Part shown: in pieces, positions 18,326-28,263 of the stretch
How positions within the stretch are numbered: the first letter of the stretch is position 1
Layout: each line of letters starts with the position of its first letter
Sequence record: PX421306.1
Length of the DNA: 64,000 nucleotides
Direction: 5' to 3' (one strand)
From: a phage
Made by a program: the position numbers and the translations under genes
The notes under the pieces: model-generated
Told to the model about the DNA's origin: nothing
The model's input: only the letters and a program-made list of their open reading frames with translations
The model's database searches: none

Positions 18326-20139
18326 TGGTGTTTAACCCTATGCATGATTTCTTTATTTTTGCCGAGATTAAATCCGCGTTCATTCGGATTTCCCAAATAA
18401 CCACAAGTTCTTCTTATTGTGTTCATCTTTTTAGGATCAGTTTCTCCACAAATAGAACAAACAAATCCGTTTTCAGTAGGAGTCATTTCATGGGTACTTC
18501 CACACGTAAAACATTTATCTACTGGCATGTTAACACCAAAATAATCTAAATGTTGTGCAGCATAATCCCATACAGCCTCAAGACCTTTTAGGTTATTTTT
18601 CATATCAGGAAGTTCAACATAAGAAATGTGACCGCCTGTCGCAATGAAATGATATGGGGCTTCGCGAGAAATCTTTTCAAACGGAGTAATATTTTCTTCT
18701 ACTGAAACGTGGAAACTATTAGTGTACCAACCTTTATCAGTAACATCTTTTACGCTTCCATATTTTTCGGTATCAAGTTTACAGAAGCGATAGCACAGGT
18801 TTTCAGCAGGTGTAGAATACAAACTAAAAGCAAAACCAGTTCTTTCAGTCCACTGCTTAAGACGAGCATTCATTTTAGTTAAAATTTCCTGTCCAATATC
18901 ACGACCGACAAGAATATTCAATTCGTGAATACCAATGTATCCTAAGGACACTGAACTTCTACCGTTTTTAAATAACTCAATTATATCGTCATCAGGTTTA
19001 AGACGAACCCCGAATGCACCTTCTTGGTAAAGAATAGGAGCAACAGTCGCTTTAACTCCTTTTAAGGAACTAATTCTACACATCAAAGCTTCAAAACACA
19101 AATCCATTCGTTCATTGAACAATTCGGCAAATTTCTGTTCATTGAATTGTGTTCCAATATAAGAATCTAACGCAATGCGAGGAAGATTCAGTGTTACAAC
19201 GCCAAGATTATTACGTCCATCAAGAATTTCATTACCAGTCGAATCTTTCCATACGCTCAAGAAACTACGGCAACCCATTGGAGAAACAGGAATAGATGAA
19301 CCGGTGATAGCTTTATTGTTCTTAGCCGAAATGATGTCAGGATACATTCTTTTACTTGCACACTCTAGAGCAAGCTGCTTAATATCATAGTTCGGATCGT
19401 CTTTATAAAGATTAACACCTTCTTCAACGAACATAACAAGTTTAGGGAAAATAGGAGTTATCCCATCACGACCAAGGCCTTTAATACGATTTTTCAGAAT
19501 TGCTTTCTGAATCATTCGTTCAGTCCAGTCAGTTCCCGTACCAAATGTAATTGTTACAAAAGGCGTTTGTCCGTTTGAACTAAAGAGAGTATTTACTTCG
19601 TATTCATAAGCTTGGAACGCATCGTATACGTCTTTTTCTGTTTTAGATTGGGCATAATTCAACGCATCAGCGATTTGCCATTTTTCTGCATCCTCAATAT
19701 GTTTTGCATAGGTGCGTTTAACATAAGGAGAAAGGACTTTATCTACATTCGCAAAAGTCGTTCCACCATATTGATGGGAAGCAACCTGTGCAGTAATTTG
19801 TGCCATAATTGCAGTAGCAACACCGATTGATTTAGGAGTTTCAATCTGTGCATTACCGAGCTTAAATCCGTTCTCAAGCATTCCTTTTAAATCTACTAAA
19901 CAGCAATTAGTAAATGGAAGAGCAGGGGAATAATCAATATCATGGAAATGAATAATTCCGCTTTCATGCGCTTTCATAATAAAAGACGGGACCATATTTT
20001 TGGCAATGTGTTTAGACACAATACCAGCCATAAGGTCCCGTTGAGTTGGAAAAACACGAGAATCTTTATTAGCATTCTCGTTTAAAAGGTCTTTATTAGT
20101 TTTATGAATCAATCCTTCAATTTCTTTTTCAATTGTCAT
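18322..20139 (-). CDS. nrdD: anaerobic ribonucleotide reductase NrdD (glycyl radical enzyme), intronless
   Basis: 605-aa uninterrupted ORF; C-terminal glycyl radical motif RRTCGY; Zn-ribbon cysteines. Confidence 0.93.
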   Translation of the reverse strand: MTIEKEIEGLIHKTNKDLLNENANKDSRVFPTQRDLMAGIVSKHIAKNMVPSFIMKAHESGIIHFHDIDYSPALPFTNCCLVDLKGMLENGFKLGNAQIETPKSIGVATAIMAQITAQVASHQYGGTTFANVDKVLSPYVKRTYAKHIEDAEKWQIADALNYAQSKTEKDVYDAFQAYEYEVNTLFSSNGQTPFVTITFGTGTDWTERMIQKAILKNRIKGLGRDGITPIFPKLVMFVEEGVNLYKDDPNYDIKQLALECASKRMYPDIISAKNNKAITGSSIPVSPMGCRSFLSVWKDSTGNEILDGRNNLGVVTLNLPRIALDSYIGTQFNEQKFAELFNERMDLCFEALMCRISSLKGVKATVAPILYQEGAFGVRLKPDDDIIELFKNGRSSVSLGYIGIHELNILVGRDIGQEILTKMNARLKQWTERTGFAFSLYSTPAENLCYRFCKLDTEKYGSVKDVTDKGWYTNSFHVSVEENITPFEKISREAPYHFIATGGHISYVELPDMKNNLKGLEAVWDYAAQHLDYFGVNMPVDKCFTCGSTHEMTPTENGFVCSICGETDPKKMNTIRRTCGYLGNPNERGFNLGKNKEIMHRVKHQ

Positions 20140-20609
20140 TTTAAACTCTTTCTAAGCTGCTTCTTAAATGAAGCTATTAATTGTGTTTTAGTGTCAGATT
20201 CATTATATTCAAATCCTCTTTGAAGCATCTCAGCCATCATTTCCTCTTTTCCTAAACGAGAAAATTCCTTTGATTTATCTCCAACGAAGTTAGGGTGAAT
20301 ATTATTTTGGGTGTAATCGGATTTTAAATAAGTAAGTAAATTTTCTAGCCATTCAAGATAATCAACACCTTGTCCCTTTAAGCCAGAACGATTGAATTTA
20401 TGCTTCATTTGACCTTCTGCAGCATTACAGAGATTACATAGCAACCCACGTACCTTTCCTGCTTTTGGTCCATTTAATTCATGGTCATGGTCAAGGTGAT
20501 TAGCTTGAACATCAGGATTTAGTTCTCGTTGGCAAATTAAGCATTTACCGTTTTGTGCATCATAAAATTTTTGTTTTTCTTCTTTGTATAATTTGCCAGT
20601 CAATAACAT
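20136..20609 (-). CDS. 49: Holliday junction resolvase endonuclease VII gp49
   Basis: 157 aa; Cys-rich N-terminus and HNH-like NHLDHDHELNG motif as in T4 endo VII. Confidence 0.9.
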   Translation of the reverse strand: MLLTGKLYKEEKQKFYDAQNGKCLICQRELNPDVQANHLDHDHELNGPKAGKVRGLLCNLCNAAEGQMKHKFNRSGLKGQGVDYLEWLENLLTYLKSDYTQNNIHPNFVGDKSKEFSRLGKEEMMAEMLQRGFEYNESDTKTQLIASFKKQLRKSLK

Positions 20610-20659
20610 AATAAATACCCTTACCTTGAATAGATAAGGGTATTTATTATTTTCAAGTA

Positions 20660-21124
20660 TTAAAACGCTCGGTCAGAAAAAGAAATTTGAGTTTCAAGCC
20701 ATTCAATATATTCTGCCGCAGCTTGCATCAAATTTCCTTCGTAATCATCAATTTCTTTTTTCAACGCCGATTTAGATAATGCATATGAAATGCGTTCACC
20801 TTGAAAAGCGGCTTTAGGTTTATGAATAGCTTGATCAACTCGTTCTACAACTTCTTCAATTTCGCCATTTTCTACTGATTCAGTATTCCATAAGCACCAA
20901 TACGTAATTGGCTTATCGTAGATGTTAATAATCTTTCCATCAGAAAGTTCAATTTCAATAATTCCAGTATCAGGTTCTATATCATCTTCGCATTCTTTTG
21001 CGAGTTCACGAACTTTAAAGACAGTACCTGCACTAAGTTCCGGCCAATAATTACACAACCCTGTATCAGCACGATTAATTCTAAACCACTTATCTACTGT
21101 AATCATGTCCCATCTCCATATCAA
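20660..21124 (-). CDS. hypothetical protein at the T4 pin (Lon inhibitor) position
   Basis: 154-aa ORF upstream of gene 49; assignment by position only. Confidence 0.4.
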   Translation of the reverse strand: MIWRWDMITVDKWFRINRADTGLCNYWPELSAGTVFKVRELAKECEDDIEPDTGIIEIELSDGKIINIYDKPITYWCLWNTESVENGEIEEVVERVDQAIHKPKAAFQGERISYALSKSALKKEIDDYEGNLMQAAAEYIEWLETQISFSDRAF

Positions 21125-21229
21125 TTAAGTCATTTATCGTAGGTTCATTATATACTGTTTCTTCATCAGTGTAAACCGGTTCTTCCGGCTCTGGCTCTAC
21201 AGTTTCCCATCTAGCCGCCCACCAAGGTT

Positions 21230-21550
21230 TTATAGCGTAATCCATTCTCGTATTGTCTGAGTTACTACGCGTTCACGAGGCTCGACTAGTTCAACAGTTG
21301 GAACTGCATAATACCAGTCAGAATGGTAAGAACCTGAGCGAGATTCATTTACGGAAACATGTACATTATGTTTCGGACTAAAATAAACGCACTGCCGATA
21401 TTGGCATTTGCCATCTTGTACCCAATCTTCTATTTCGACAGGTTTAAGATAATCCGAAAAATCGAAATCATAATTTTCTGAAAATGCATCATGGTCTTCG
21501 ATGATTTCACTCAGAACTGCATCAACATCTAATTTATTTTCAATATTCAT
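21230..21550 (-). CDS. hypothetical protein (49.x region)
   Basis: 106-aa ORF. Confidence 0.5.
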   Translation of the reverse strand: MNIENKLDVDAVLSEIIEDHDAFSENYDFDFSDYLKPVEIEDWVQDGKCQYRQCVYFSPKHNVHVSVNESRSGSYHSDWYYAVPTVELVEPRERVVTQTIREWITL

Positions 21551-21561
21551 TTTTCACCACT

Positions 21562-21771
21562 TTAATTTCGCAATTTATTAAGTTCTTCATAATCAATCCA
21601 GGATTCTAATCCTGATGGCAAATCAGATTCAATTTCCCAAAGAAGCTCTTCAATTTTCTGAAGACGATCTAATTCTTCAGCAGGAATAGTAACCATTGAC
21701 GGAGTTCTTGATACACTAATATCGTAAATCATATTTACCCCAGTTTGACCATGCAATCGCCGTATTTCCAT
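21562..21771 (-). CDS. hypothetical protein (49.x region)
   Basis: 69-aa ORF; true start may be internal. Confidence 0.4.
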   Translation of the reverse strand: MEIRRLHGQTGVNMIYDISVSRTPSMVTIPAEELDRLQKIEELLWEIESDLPSGLESWIDYEELNKLRN

Positions 21772-21950
21772 TTAGAAATAGACTTTTCACCGTTAGAATA
21801 ATAAACTTCGAGTTTAGCACGATTATTTTTAATTTGAATAACCTTTGCTGTCATCAAAGTTCCATACCCGTAATAAACTGCAACCTCATCACCTACATAT
21901 ACCGCGCTTCCGCGGTAGTCATGGATATAATCAGTTCCTTCGAGCATCAT
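21735..21950 (-). CDS. hypothetical protein (49.x region)
   Basis: 71-aa ORF, stop overlapping nrdC region. Confidence 0.45.
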   Translation of the reverse strand: MMLEGTDYIHDYRGSAVYVGDEVAVYYGYGTLMTAKVIQIKNNRAKLEVYYSNGEKSISKWKYGDCMVKLG

Positions 21951-22210
21951 TTAAAGTATTCCCGCAATTGGTCAAATCCACCAATATGACTTCCATCAGG
22001 AGCAAATACTTGTGGCATTGTCAAACCAATTTGAGTATCACGACCCAGTTTAGTTAGAAGCTCAGCGATTTTCTCATCATCAAAAACACCTTTTTCCGGC
22101 ATAATGTTGATAAATTCAAACGGCTGTTTCTTCACAGTCAAAAGACGTTTTGCATTATCGCAATACACACATTTATGGATGCTGCTATCATAACCATATA
22201 CTTTAAACAT
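21947..22210 (-). CDS. nrdC: thioredoxin/glutaredoxin NrdC
   Basis: 87 aa; CVYC active site; near-identical to recalled T4 NrdC. Confidence 0.9.
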   Translation of the reverse strand: MFKVYGYDSSIHKCVYCDNAKRLLTVKKQPFEFINIMPEKGVFDDEKIAELLTKLGRDTQIGLTMPQVFAPDGSHIGGFDQLREYFK

Positions 22211-22211
22211 A

Positions 22212-22454
22212 TTATTCCTTAATTCCTAGTACTTGTTTAAAAGTCTCGTCGTAATCAAGACTTTGACCTGTTTGTTCTTTATGTTTGTATATAATATCAC
22301 TTACTTCTGATAGCATATTTTTATATGAACGAGTTAAAGCAGATTTAAGCACGCTGTATCTATCAGGAAATTTACCATGTTCATTATAATACGCTATTGC
22401 TAATTCACGGACTGCCTTTTCAGCAATCTCCATATATTCTTTACGCTTTGTCAT
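22212..22454 (-). CDS. hypothetical protein (nrdC.1-like)
   Basis: Start trimmed to [13 protein letters not shown] with stop/start overlap. Confidence 0.45.
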   Translation of the reverse strand: MTKRKEYMEIAEKAVRELAIAYYNEHGKFPDRYSVLKSALTRSYKNMLSEVSDIIYKHKEQTGQSLDYDETFKQVLGIKE

Positions 22455-22455
22455 T

Positions 22456-22845
22456 TTAATCCAAAATATTATTAGGCATTGGTTGAACACTCGCAAGTTC
22501 TTTAAAGAACTCAGTAGAGTCAGGTAATTTAACCATTTCCGGAGCATGCTTACTAAATTTATGTTTGCAATGACGGCATTTATATTCAAGTTCCGGTTTA
22601 CGCCAGTTAATCAATTGAACCTGTTCAGTACCGCATTCAGGACAATTAGGAACGTTTTTAGAAGCCCTTTCGCGGCGTTCAACCATAACCATAATGGCAT
22701 CCCAGGCTGGAGGTTTAAAATCTAAATCATCACAACCATGAATCTTTCCACGCATTTCTAAATCGTCTTCTTCACCAGCCATAATAATTTTAATTAGACT
22801 GGAATTACTTGAAGCTGCAATATCTTCTAATAGACGCTTTTTCAT
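22456..22845 (-). CDS. hypothetical zinc-ribbon protein
   Basis: 129 aa; CPECG...CRHC four-Cys motif. Confidence 0.5.
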   Translation of the reverse strand: MKKRLLEDIAASSNSSLIKIIMAGEEDDLEMRGKIHGCDDLDFKPPAWDAIMVMVERRERASKNVPNCPECGTEQVQLINWRKPELEYKCRHCKHKFSKHAPEMVKLPDSTEFFKELASVQPMPNNILD

Positions 22846-23771
22846 TTCAGTACCTCAATAGCATTACGTAAACCATTTGCTTTTGCATTAAGAGCTTTTA
22901 ACAATTTAGTGTGTTCGGCAATTTGGGCTTCAACTTCAATCAAACGAGCATTGAGATATTCGCGTTCTTCGCTCAAGCTATCAACCTTTTCTACTTTAGG
23001 TTCTTTTACAACTGGCTTATATGTATTAGGGTTCTTCAGTTTAATTAGAATACGTGAACTGTATAACATTGAACCATTATTTTCGATTTCGTCATACATT
23101 TCTACTACGTCCATGATTTTTAACATCATGCGGAGTTTATAAGATAACGAACGAATAGTTTTGTTGTGCTTATTAATTTCTCTAGCTGTCATGGTGCCGA
23201 GATTACGTGAGTAATAATAAGGAACCTGGATATTAATTAATACTGATGAACCACCTGGCTTGTGTGTTACTTCATCAGCAATAACCCAGTCCTTAACATG
23301 AACTGTATTTGTACGGTCATCGCCCGCGGTAAATAGTTTACGAGCATGCTTAAAAAGCATATTCACTTGGTCATTGAATTGACAAGCAAATTTATCAGCA
23401 AATTTAGTTTCAGGAATGGTAGATAACCAATCAGCCAAATGGGTCTTTTTAACATCGTTAACAATAGTAAATTCAACCAAATCAGTTATAGATGTCTCAG
23501 ATTTAATAAAGCTCGGCTTCATAAAGTTTTTAATGTTATCGCGAGCTACAGTAGAAGATAACATACGAGAACGTTTAAACCATTGAAGCAAATTGCCCAA
23601 CGAATGAGAATAAGCGTTCTGTGTATCTTTACAGATATGATTTTCCTGGCCAACATACTGAAGGAAATCACGAAGAATATTATTGATTACTGCTCTGTGT
23701 CCGATCTGATAATTACGGTGTTTAGTAATAAGACTGTCAAAATAATCAATATAATGTTTACGAGTTTTCAT
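22842..23771 (-). CDS. hypothetical protein with C-terminal coiled-coil tail
   Basis: 309 aa; last ~35 residues heptad-like (LNARLIEVEAQIAEHTKLLKALNAKANGL). Confidence 0.55.
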   Translation of the reverse strand: MKTRKHYIDYFDSLITKHRNYQIGHRAVINNILRDFLQYVGQENHICKDTQNAYSHSLGNLLQWFKRSRMLSSTVARDNIKNFMKPSFIKSETSITDLVEFTIVNDVKKTHLADWLSTIPETKFADKFACQFNDQVNMLFKHARKLFTAGDDRTNTVHVKDWVIADEVTHKPGGSSVLINIQVPYYYSRNLGTMTAREINKHNKTIRSLSYKLRMMLKIMDVVEMYDEIENNGSMLYSSRILIKLKNPNTYKPVVKEPKVEKVDSLSEEREYLNARLIEVEAQIAEHTKLLKALNAKANGLRNAIEVLK

Positions 23772-23823
23772 GTTCTTCTCACTTGGTTAATGATTTATAC
23801 TCCGAGCCATCCTTGGCTTTAAA

Positions 23824-24825
23824 TTACTTAATTAACTGTAAAGCTTGTTCAAGACGATCCAGGCGATTAACAGATTCTTCCCAAATCCTTTTAGCCTGCT
23901 CATATTCTTTCTGCGCTTTATTAGAAATTTCTAGAACTTCTTTATAAGCCTTTTCTAGTGCAATAACTTCTGGACGAATTTCTACAGGTTCAGACGAATC
24001 ATCAAGATTATCCATTAGTTCCTCAAGTGTAATTTCTTCTTTAGGAGTATTCACAATTTCATCACATTTTTGTTGGTAAATTTCTTTATCAGTCGGTGAG
24101 TACGCACATTTCACTTCACGAAGACTAACTACAATTTTATATCCTTCCCAACCGCATATATTCTTAAAAGGATACGTATGAATATTTTCTACTGTTTCCA
24201 TACAAAGTAATGCGGTTTCTAATTGACGAGTTATAGTGCTAGCAATTGAGAAAAATTTATTAATGTTCTTTTGGTTAGTTTCTGGTGTAAAAAATCCATA
24301 ATTCACAAAAATAGATACTTTATTTTTATCAAGTTCATATTCTTTTATGATAATCATATCAGAAGCCAAAGGATGAATTTGACGATAATCGCCATAACAT
24401 AATTTAGAAGCTGATTTTAGAATCTGTCCTTTGAAAAGTCTGAAATTACTAATCCAACGACGAGTAAAAATATTCTCAGGGTCTTCTTTATTATTAAGAT
24501 GATAAGAATTAACATCACCGAACCAATTATATCCTACTACATCTTTGGTTCGTTTAATTTCTTTCCCAAAATTACCAAGAATATCCCGATTAACCAAATA
24601 TGAAAGAAGACGAGACTCTTTAAAGGTTTTCTTGATAAGATCTTTATCTACACGGCTAGAAATTTTACGAATTTCATGAATAAATTTAGTAGAAGAAACA
24701 ATACCTGCATCAACACTATTGAGCCATTGATTGATAATAGAAAGAACGCTATTTTGGCCAAACATCGGTATAGCTTTATCATCAATAACGCTATTGAATG
24801 ATTTGATATATTCGTTACGAGTCAT
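23824..24825 (-). CDS. hypothetical protein with C-terminal coiled-coil tail
   Basis: Start trimmed to MTRNEYIK; C-terminal heptad segment; early promoter immediately upstream. Confidence 0.55.
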   Translation of the reverse strand: MTRNEYIKSFNSVIDDKAIPMFGQNSVLSIINQWLNSVDAGIVSSTKFIHEIRKISSRVDKDLIKKTFKESRLLSYLVNRDILGNFGKEIKRTKDVVGYNWFGDVNSYHLNNKEDPENIFTRRWISNFRLFKGQILKSASKLCYGDYRQIHPLASDMIIIKEYELDKNKVSIFVNYGFFTPETNQKNINKFFSIASTITRQLETALLCMETVENIHTYPFKNICGWEGYKIVVSLREVKCAYSPTDKEIYQQKCDEIVNTPKEEITLEELMDNLDDSSEPVEIRPEVIALEKAYKEVLEISNKAQKEYEQAKRIWEESVNRLDRLEQALQLIK

Positions 24826-24847
24826 ATTAATCTCCTCAGTAGAAAGT

Positions 24848-24890
24848 AAGAACATTATACCACATCCTTGTGGCAAAGTAAACTAGTTTA
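24848..24890 (-). promoter_or_regulatory. T4-type early promoter
   Basis: Minus strand GTTTAC (24878-24883), 18 nt, TGgTATAAT (24854-24859). Confidence 0.6.
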
Positions 24891-25911
24891 GTGCATTTAG
24901 TGCGTTGTTCAGTTTAGAACGTTGCTTCGTAAGATTTTTGACTTTTTCTTGAGCTTTTTCTAGCATCTTTTCAGCTTCTAGCACTTCATTAGTTGCTTTA
25001 ACGAGTTCATCATCTACTGCCTTGATAGACTTCTCAATCGCATCGGCATGCCATTTTTCAACAGGTTTAAGACTCGGATTTTCAACAGGAAGAAAATTCA
25101 CTTTATTGAATTTCCATGAATCCTTATTACCTGAACTATACATCCAAAATTTAGGATCGTTTGATGAGTAATTAGATAAATTTAAATTTAAGTTATCTTG
25201 CACTTCTTGCTTTTTCTCTTGCGTGACTTCGTCCTTTCTCAAAAAATCGTATTTAAATGAAACGATCATATCAAGTTCATATGTTGTTGTTTCTAATTTA
25301 AATCGTTCGAAATGTTGTGAAATCTTAGACTGAACAGCGGCAACAACATCCATATACTTAAATGCTTCTGTCAACTGCGATTTAAGGCATTCGCAAATTG
25401 AAAGAGAATTTTTTGTATTAGGTTTAAAGCTAATTCGTGCAGTTCTGTTATTTTCTTTTAATGGTCTTACTTCCATCTGAAGAGTATAACCATCAAATTT
25501 CAGGTTCTTTAAGTTAATATCAGAACCTTTTAATCGACTCGCAGTTGATAAAATTTGCTTTAATTGTCTACGGAACAGAGCAATAAATCTCCATTCAATA
25601 CGATAATGATTTGGATTGAAAAATCCAGATGATAAATCGACCTTACTTTGACCAACGCCTTGAACAAATAAAGGATTTTTATAATCAATAGTTTTACAGA
25701 AATCGGTGAGTTGCTCACGAGCAGTCATTTGTGTAATATAACCCGCTTTACTAAAATTACGCACCCATTCACTGCTATTCGTATACTTAAAGTGATGAAT
25801 AACACGATTAACTTTATCAGGGTCTAAATTATTTTCACACAAAAATGTCATAACATCACGAGTATAGCTGGCGTTACGAACCATATCTTCAATTTGAGAA
25901 CGAGTTTTCAT
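24883..25911 (-). CDS. hypothetical protein with C-terminal coiled-coil tail
   Basis: 342 aa; C-terminal LEAEKMLEKAQEKVKNLTKQRSKLNNALNALN. Confidence 0.55.
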   Translation of the reverse strand: MKTRSQIEDMVRNASYTRDVMTFLCENNLDPDKVNRVIHHFKYTNSSEWVRNFSKAGYITQMTAREQLTDFCKTIDYKNPLFVQGVGQSKVDLSSGFFNPNHYRIEWRFIALFRRQLKQILSTASRLKGSDINLKNLKFDGYTLQMEVRPLKENNRTARISFKPNTKNSLSICECLKSQLTEAFKYMDVVAAVQSKISQHFERFKLETTTYELDMIVSFKYDFLRKDEVTQEKKQEVQDNLNLNLSNYSSNDPKFWMYSSGNKDSWKFNKVNFLPVENPSLKPVEKWHADAIEKSIKAVDDELVKATNEVLEAEKMLEKAQEKVKNLTKQRSKLNNALNALN

Positions 25912-25919
25912 GGTGTTCC

Positions 25920-26822
25920 TTAAGATTTAAGTAAATCAACAATTTTAATTAACTTTTCACGCTCAGATTTAGCTTTACTACTCAATCCAGATAGTCTGAA
26001 AATTTCATCGTCATATTGTTGAATAGAAATATTCAGCTCTTCAATCTGCTTATTAAAATAATCAATTTGTTCAGAATGTTTTTCATTACTACGAACTGGT
26101 ACAGGTTTTGCAGGCAATGTAGTTGAACTGGATTCATTCGGGCGATAAATTAAAATACAACTTGAACCAATAGGGCATTTTGCACCAGATGAATATTCTA
26201 ATGTTCCAGCTTCTTTTAAAACTTCAAAAGCTAAACAGAGATGATGCCCCATATTAACATAATCTGTAGAGTGAGCTCTGATGTAATAATCATCTCCACG
26301 AATACTAAATTTAAAGCATTTAAGGTCTTCTGTATTATTGGTCTTAAAAATCATTTGTTTATCTAGACCTTTAGCTAATCGAGCGCCCAATGCTAATAAT
26401 CGTCGTTGATTTTCCCACAAATCTGCAATCATTTGGTCAAATGATAACTTCGGCATTAGTCGACCATAAAGGTCATATCCTTTATTATAATTACGAAGGA
26501 TTTCACTCGCGTTAATACGAGACAATGCTCCAATTTTATTAAGGGCTTTCATAATACGATTAGATAAACCCATTCCAGACCCGTTTGTTCGCTGTAAATG
26601 TTTTTCTAATCCAAATCCAATATCAACTTTAAACTTATCTAAAATTTCGGCGTGAACATCTCTGTCGATAACATTCAAATCCAAAGTTGGGTTAAATCTA
26701 TGAAAAAATTTATCTGACTCTCCACGACGAAGTACAGTCCATTCATTCAATTTTTTATTAACTAAAGATTTAATTACTGCATTGACATTATTAATTACTA
26801 CTGACATATTTTCCTCACTCAA
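25920..26822 (-). CDS. hypothetical protein with C-terminal coiled-coil tail
   Basis: 300 aa; C-terminal heptad segment. Confidence 0.55.
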   Translation of the reverse strand: MSEENMSVVINNVNAVIKSLVNKKLNEWTVLRRGESDKFFHRFNPTLDLNVIDRDVHAEILDKFKVDIGFGLEKHLQRTNGSGMGLSNRIMKALNKIGALSRINASEILRNYNKGYDLYGRLMPKLSFDQMIADLWENQRRLLALGARLAKGLDKQMIFKTNNTEDLKCFKFSIRGDDYYIRAHSTDYVNMGHHLCLAFEVLKEAGTLEYSSGAKCPIGSSCILIYRPNESSSTTLPAKPVPVRSNEKHSEQIDYFNKQIEELNISIQQYDDEIFRLSGLSSKAKSEREKLIKIVDLLKS

Positions 26823-27216
26823 TTTTACTGATTATGCGGAATAAGATTGAACAGACTATATAAGTACCACATATAGACTGAACTAATGCCATTCCAAAGA
26901 ACCAAACAATATTATCAAACCATGTCTGTTTTACGTCGAAAGGACGTAAACTTACAGTAATATTATCACCTTTTTCTATTGAAGAATACATCTCTGGGGA
27001 AATATATTCACTAAATCTATAACCGTCTTTGAGTTCATATACGGCAATAAACGATAAACTAGACCCTTTTCCTTGTGTTCCTGTAATGGTATTAACTACA
27101 GTAACATCATAATCTTTATAATGCATATAATCATTAATTGCGTAATAACCGTATGCAACTACTACACATAAACAACATATCAATAAATTCAATCTTTTAA
27201 TTATCAACTGTTTCAT
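26815..27216 (-). CDS. hypothetical membrane protein
   Basis: 133 aa; N- and C-terminal hydrophobic helices. Confidence 0.5.
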   Translation of the reverse strand: MKQLIIKRLNLLICCLCVVVAYGYYAINDYMHYKDYDVTVVNTITGTQGKGSSLSFIAVYELKDGYRFSEYISPEMYSSIEKGDNITVSLRPFDVKQTWFDNIVWFFGMALVQSICGTYIVCSILFRIISKIE

Positions 27217-27271
27217 AATAATCTCAATTAAAAGGGCTTAGAACCATTATACCATCCTTGGTATAAAGCGG

Positions 27272-27799
27272 TTATGCGAGTACCGTCTTTAACCGTTCTT
27301 CAAACTTCCGAAGAGTATTTTGGCGTTCAGCTCTTTGCTTTTTGTAAGTTTCAATACGCTCTGAAATGAGAGTGTATCGTTCATTTACTGATTCTTTCAT
27401 AAAATCAGGAATTTCACGAGAAGCTTTAATCTCGTCAAATTTATCAATAACAGCTTGCTCTTCAGCAATTAAGTTATCATACATTAAAATATCTTTCTTG
27501 ATGAACTCAATATCTTCTTGAGTTACACGAGATAATTTAGATGCTTTATCCTTTTTGTACTGTTCGTTAGTATCACGAGACCAGTGTAATGTACGATTTT
27601 TATTCGTATTTTTGTAAATTTCTACAATACCGATCTCATCAATAATAACGATCCAATTCCAACGCGATTTGTAAATTTGTCCTCCATCAACAGTGATTTC
27701 ACCTCCGATTGAGATGTCATTAAAGAACTTGCTTTGTGCTTCAGATTTAAATTTACCATCGTTGTAATTTACCAAGTTGAAAATATCTTTAGCGTTCAT
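27272..27799 (-). CDS. hypothetical protein
   Basis: 175 aa; charged helical C-terminus; early promoter upstream. Confidence 0.5.
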   Translation of the reverse strand: MNAKDIFNLVNYNDGKFKSEAQSKFFNDISIGGEITVDGGQIYKSRWNWIVIIDEIGIVEIYKNTNKNRTLHWSRDTNEQYKKDKASKLSRVTQEDIEFIKKDILMYDNLIAEEQAVIDKFDEIKASREIPDFMKESVNERYTLISERIETYKKQRAERQNTLRKFEERLKTVLA

Positions 27800-27819
27800 T
27801 TTCTGTTCCTCCGTAGTTG

Positions 27820-27865
27820 ATAGTTGTATAGTACCACAGAGAAACAGTCTTGTAAACCACTAAAA
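27820..27865 (-). promoter_or_regulatory. T4-type early promoter with conserved leader
   Basis: GTTTAC (27852-27857), 18 nt, TGgTACTATAC. Confidence 0.55.
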
Positions 27866-28174
27866 GAAACTTCTTTCACAATTTTTTCCACTGAACCATG
27901 CGCTCACTGCTTTCTTAGTCTCAGGAGCAGTGTTATCCATAAACCATTCAAAGGCAGCCTTTTTATGATTCTGGAGGGCTTCTCGGGCTTTAATCTGCTC
28001 ACGGTCTATTAACACTAACATATGAGCCTTTCTTGTCACCATGGGCTTCTTATGATTTTTTGAATACTCCCAGTCATTTGTCCATCGCATTGTCGTTGCG
28101 AACTGAAATACTGCTTCTTTAATTTTAGTTTCGTAAATTTCACGAGCCTTTGAGTATAACATCATTACCTCCAT
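27860..28174 (-). CDS. hypothetical protein
   Basis: 104-aa ORF. Confidence 0.45.
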   Translation of the reverse strand: MEVMMLYSKAREIYETKIKEAVFQFATTMRWTNDWEYSKNHKKPMVTRKAHMLVLIDREQIKAREALQNHKKAAFEWFMDNTAPETKKAVSAWFSGKNCERSFF

Positions 28175-28263
28175 TCACCAGTTTAATTCTAGTCATCTTT
28201 TTAATGGCAGTCCATATAATCTATTTCTGAACTGCCTTTTTGTCATAGAAGTCCTCTTATGAA

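Noticed and set aside
18322-20139. Possible group I intron or homing endonuclease within nrdD
   Set aside because: nrdD is a continuous 605-aa reading frame with no interruption or inserted ORF
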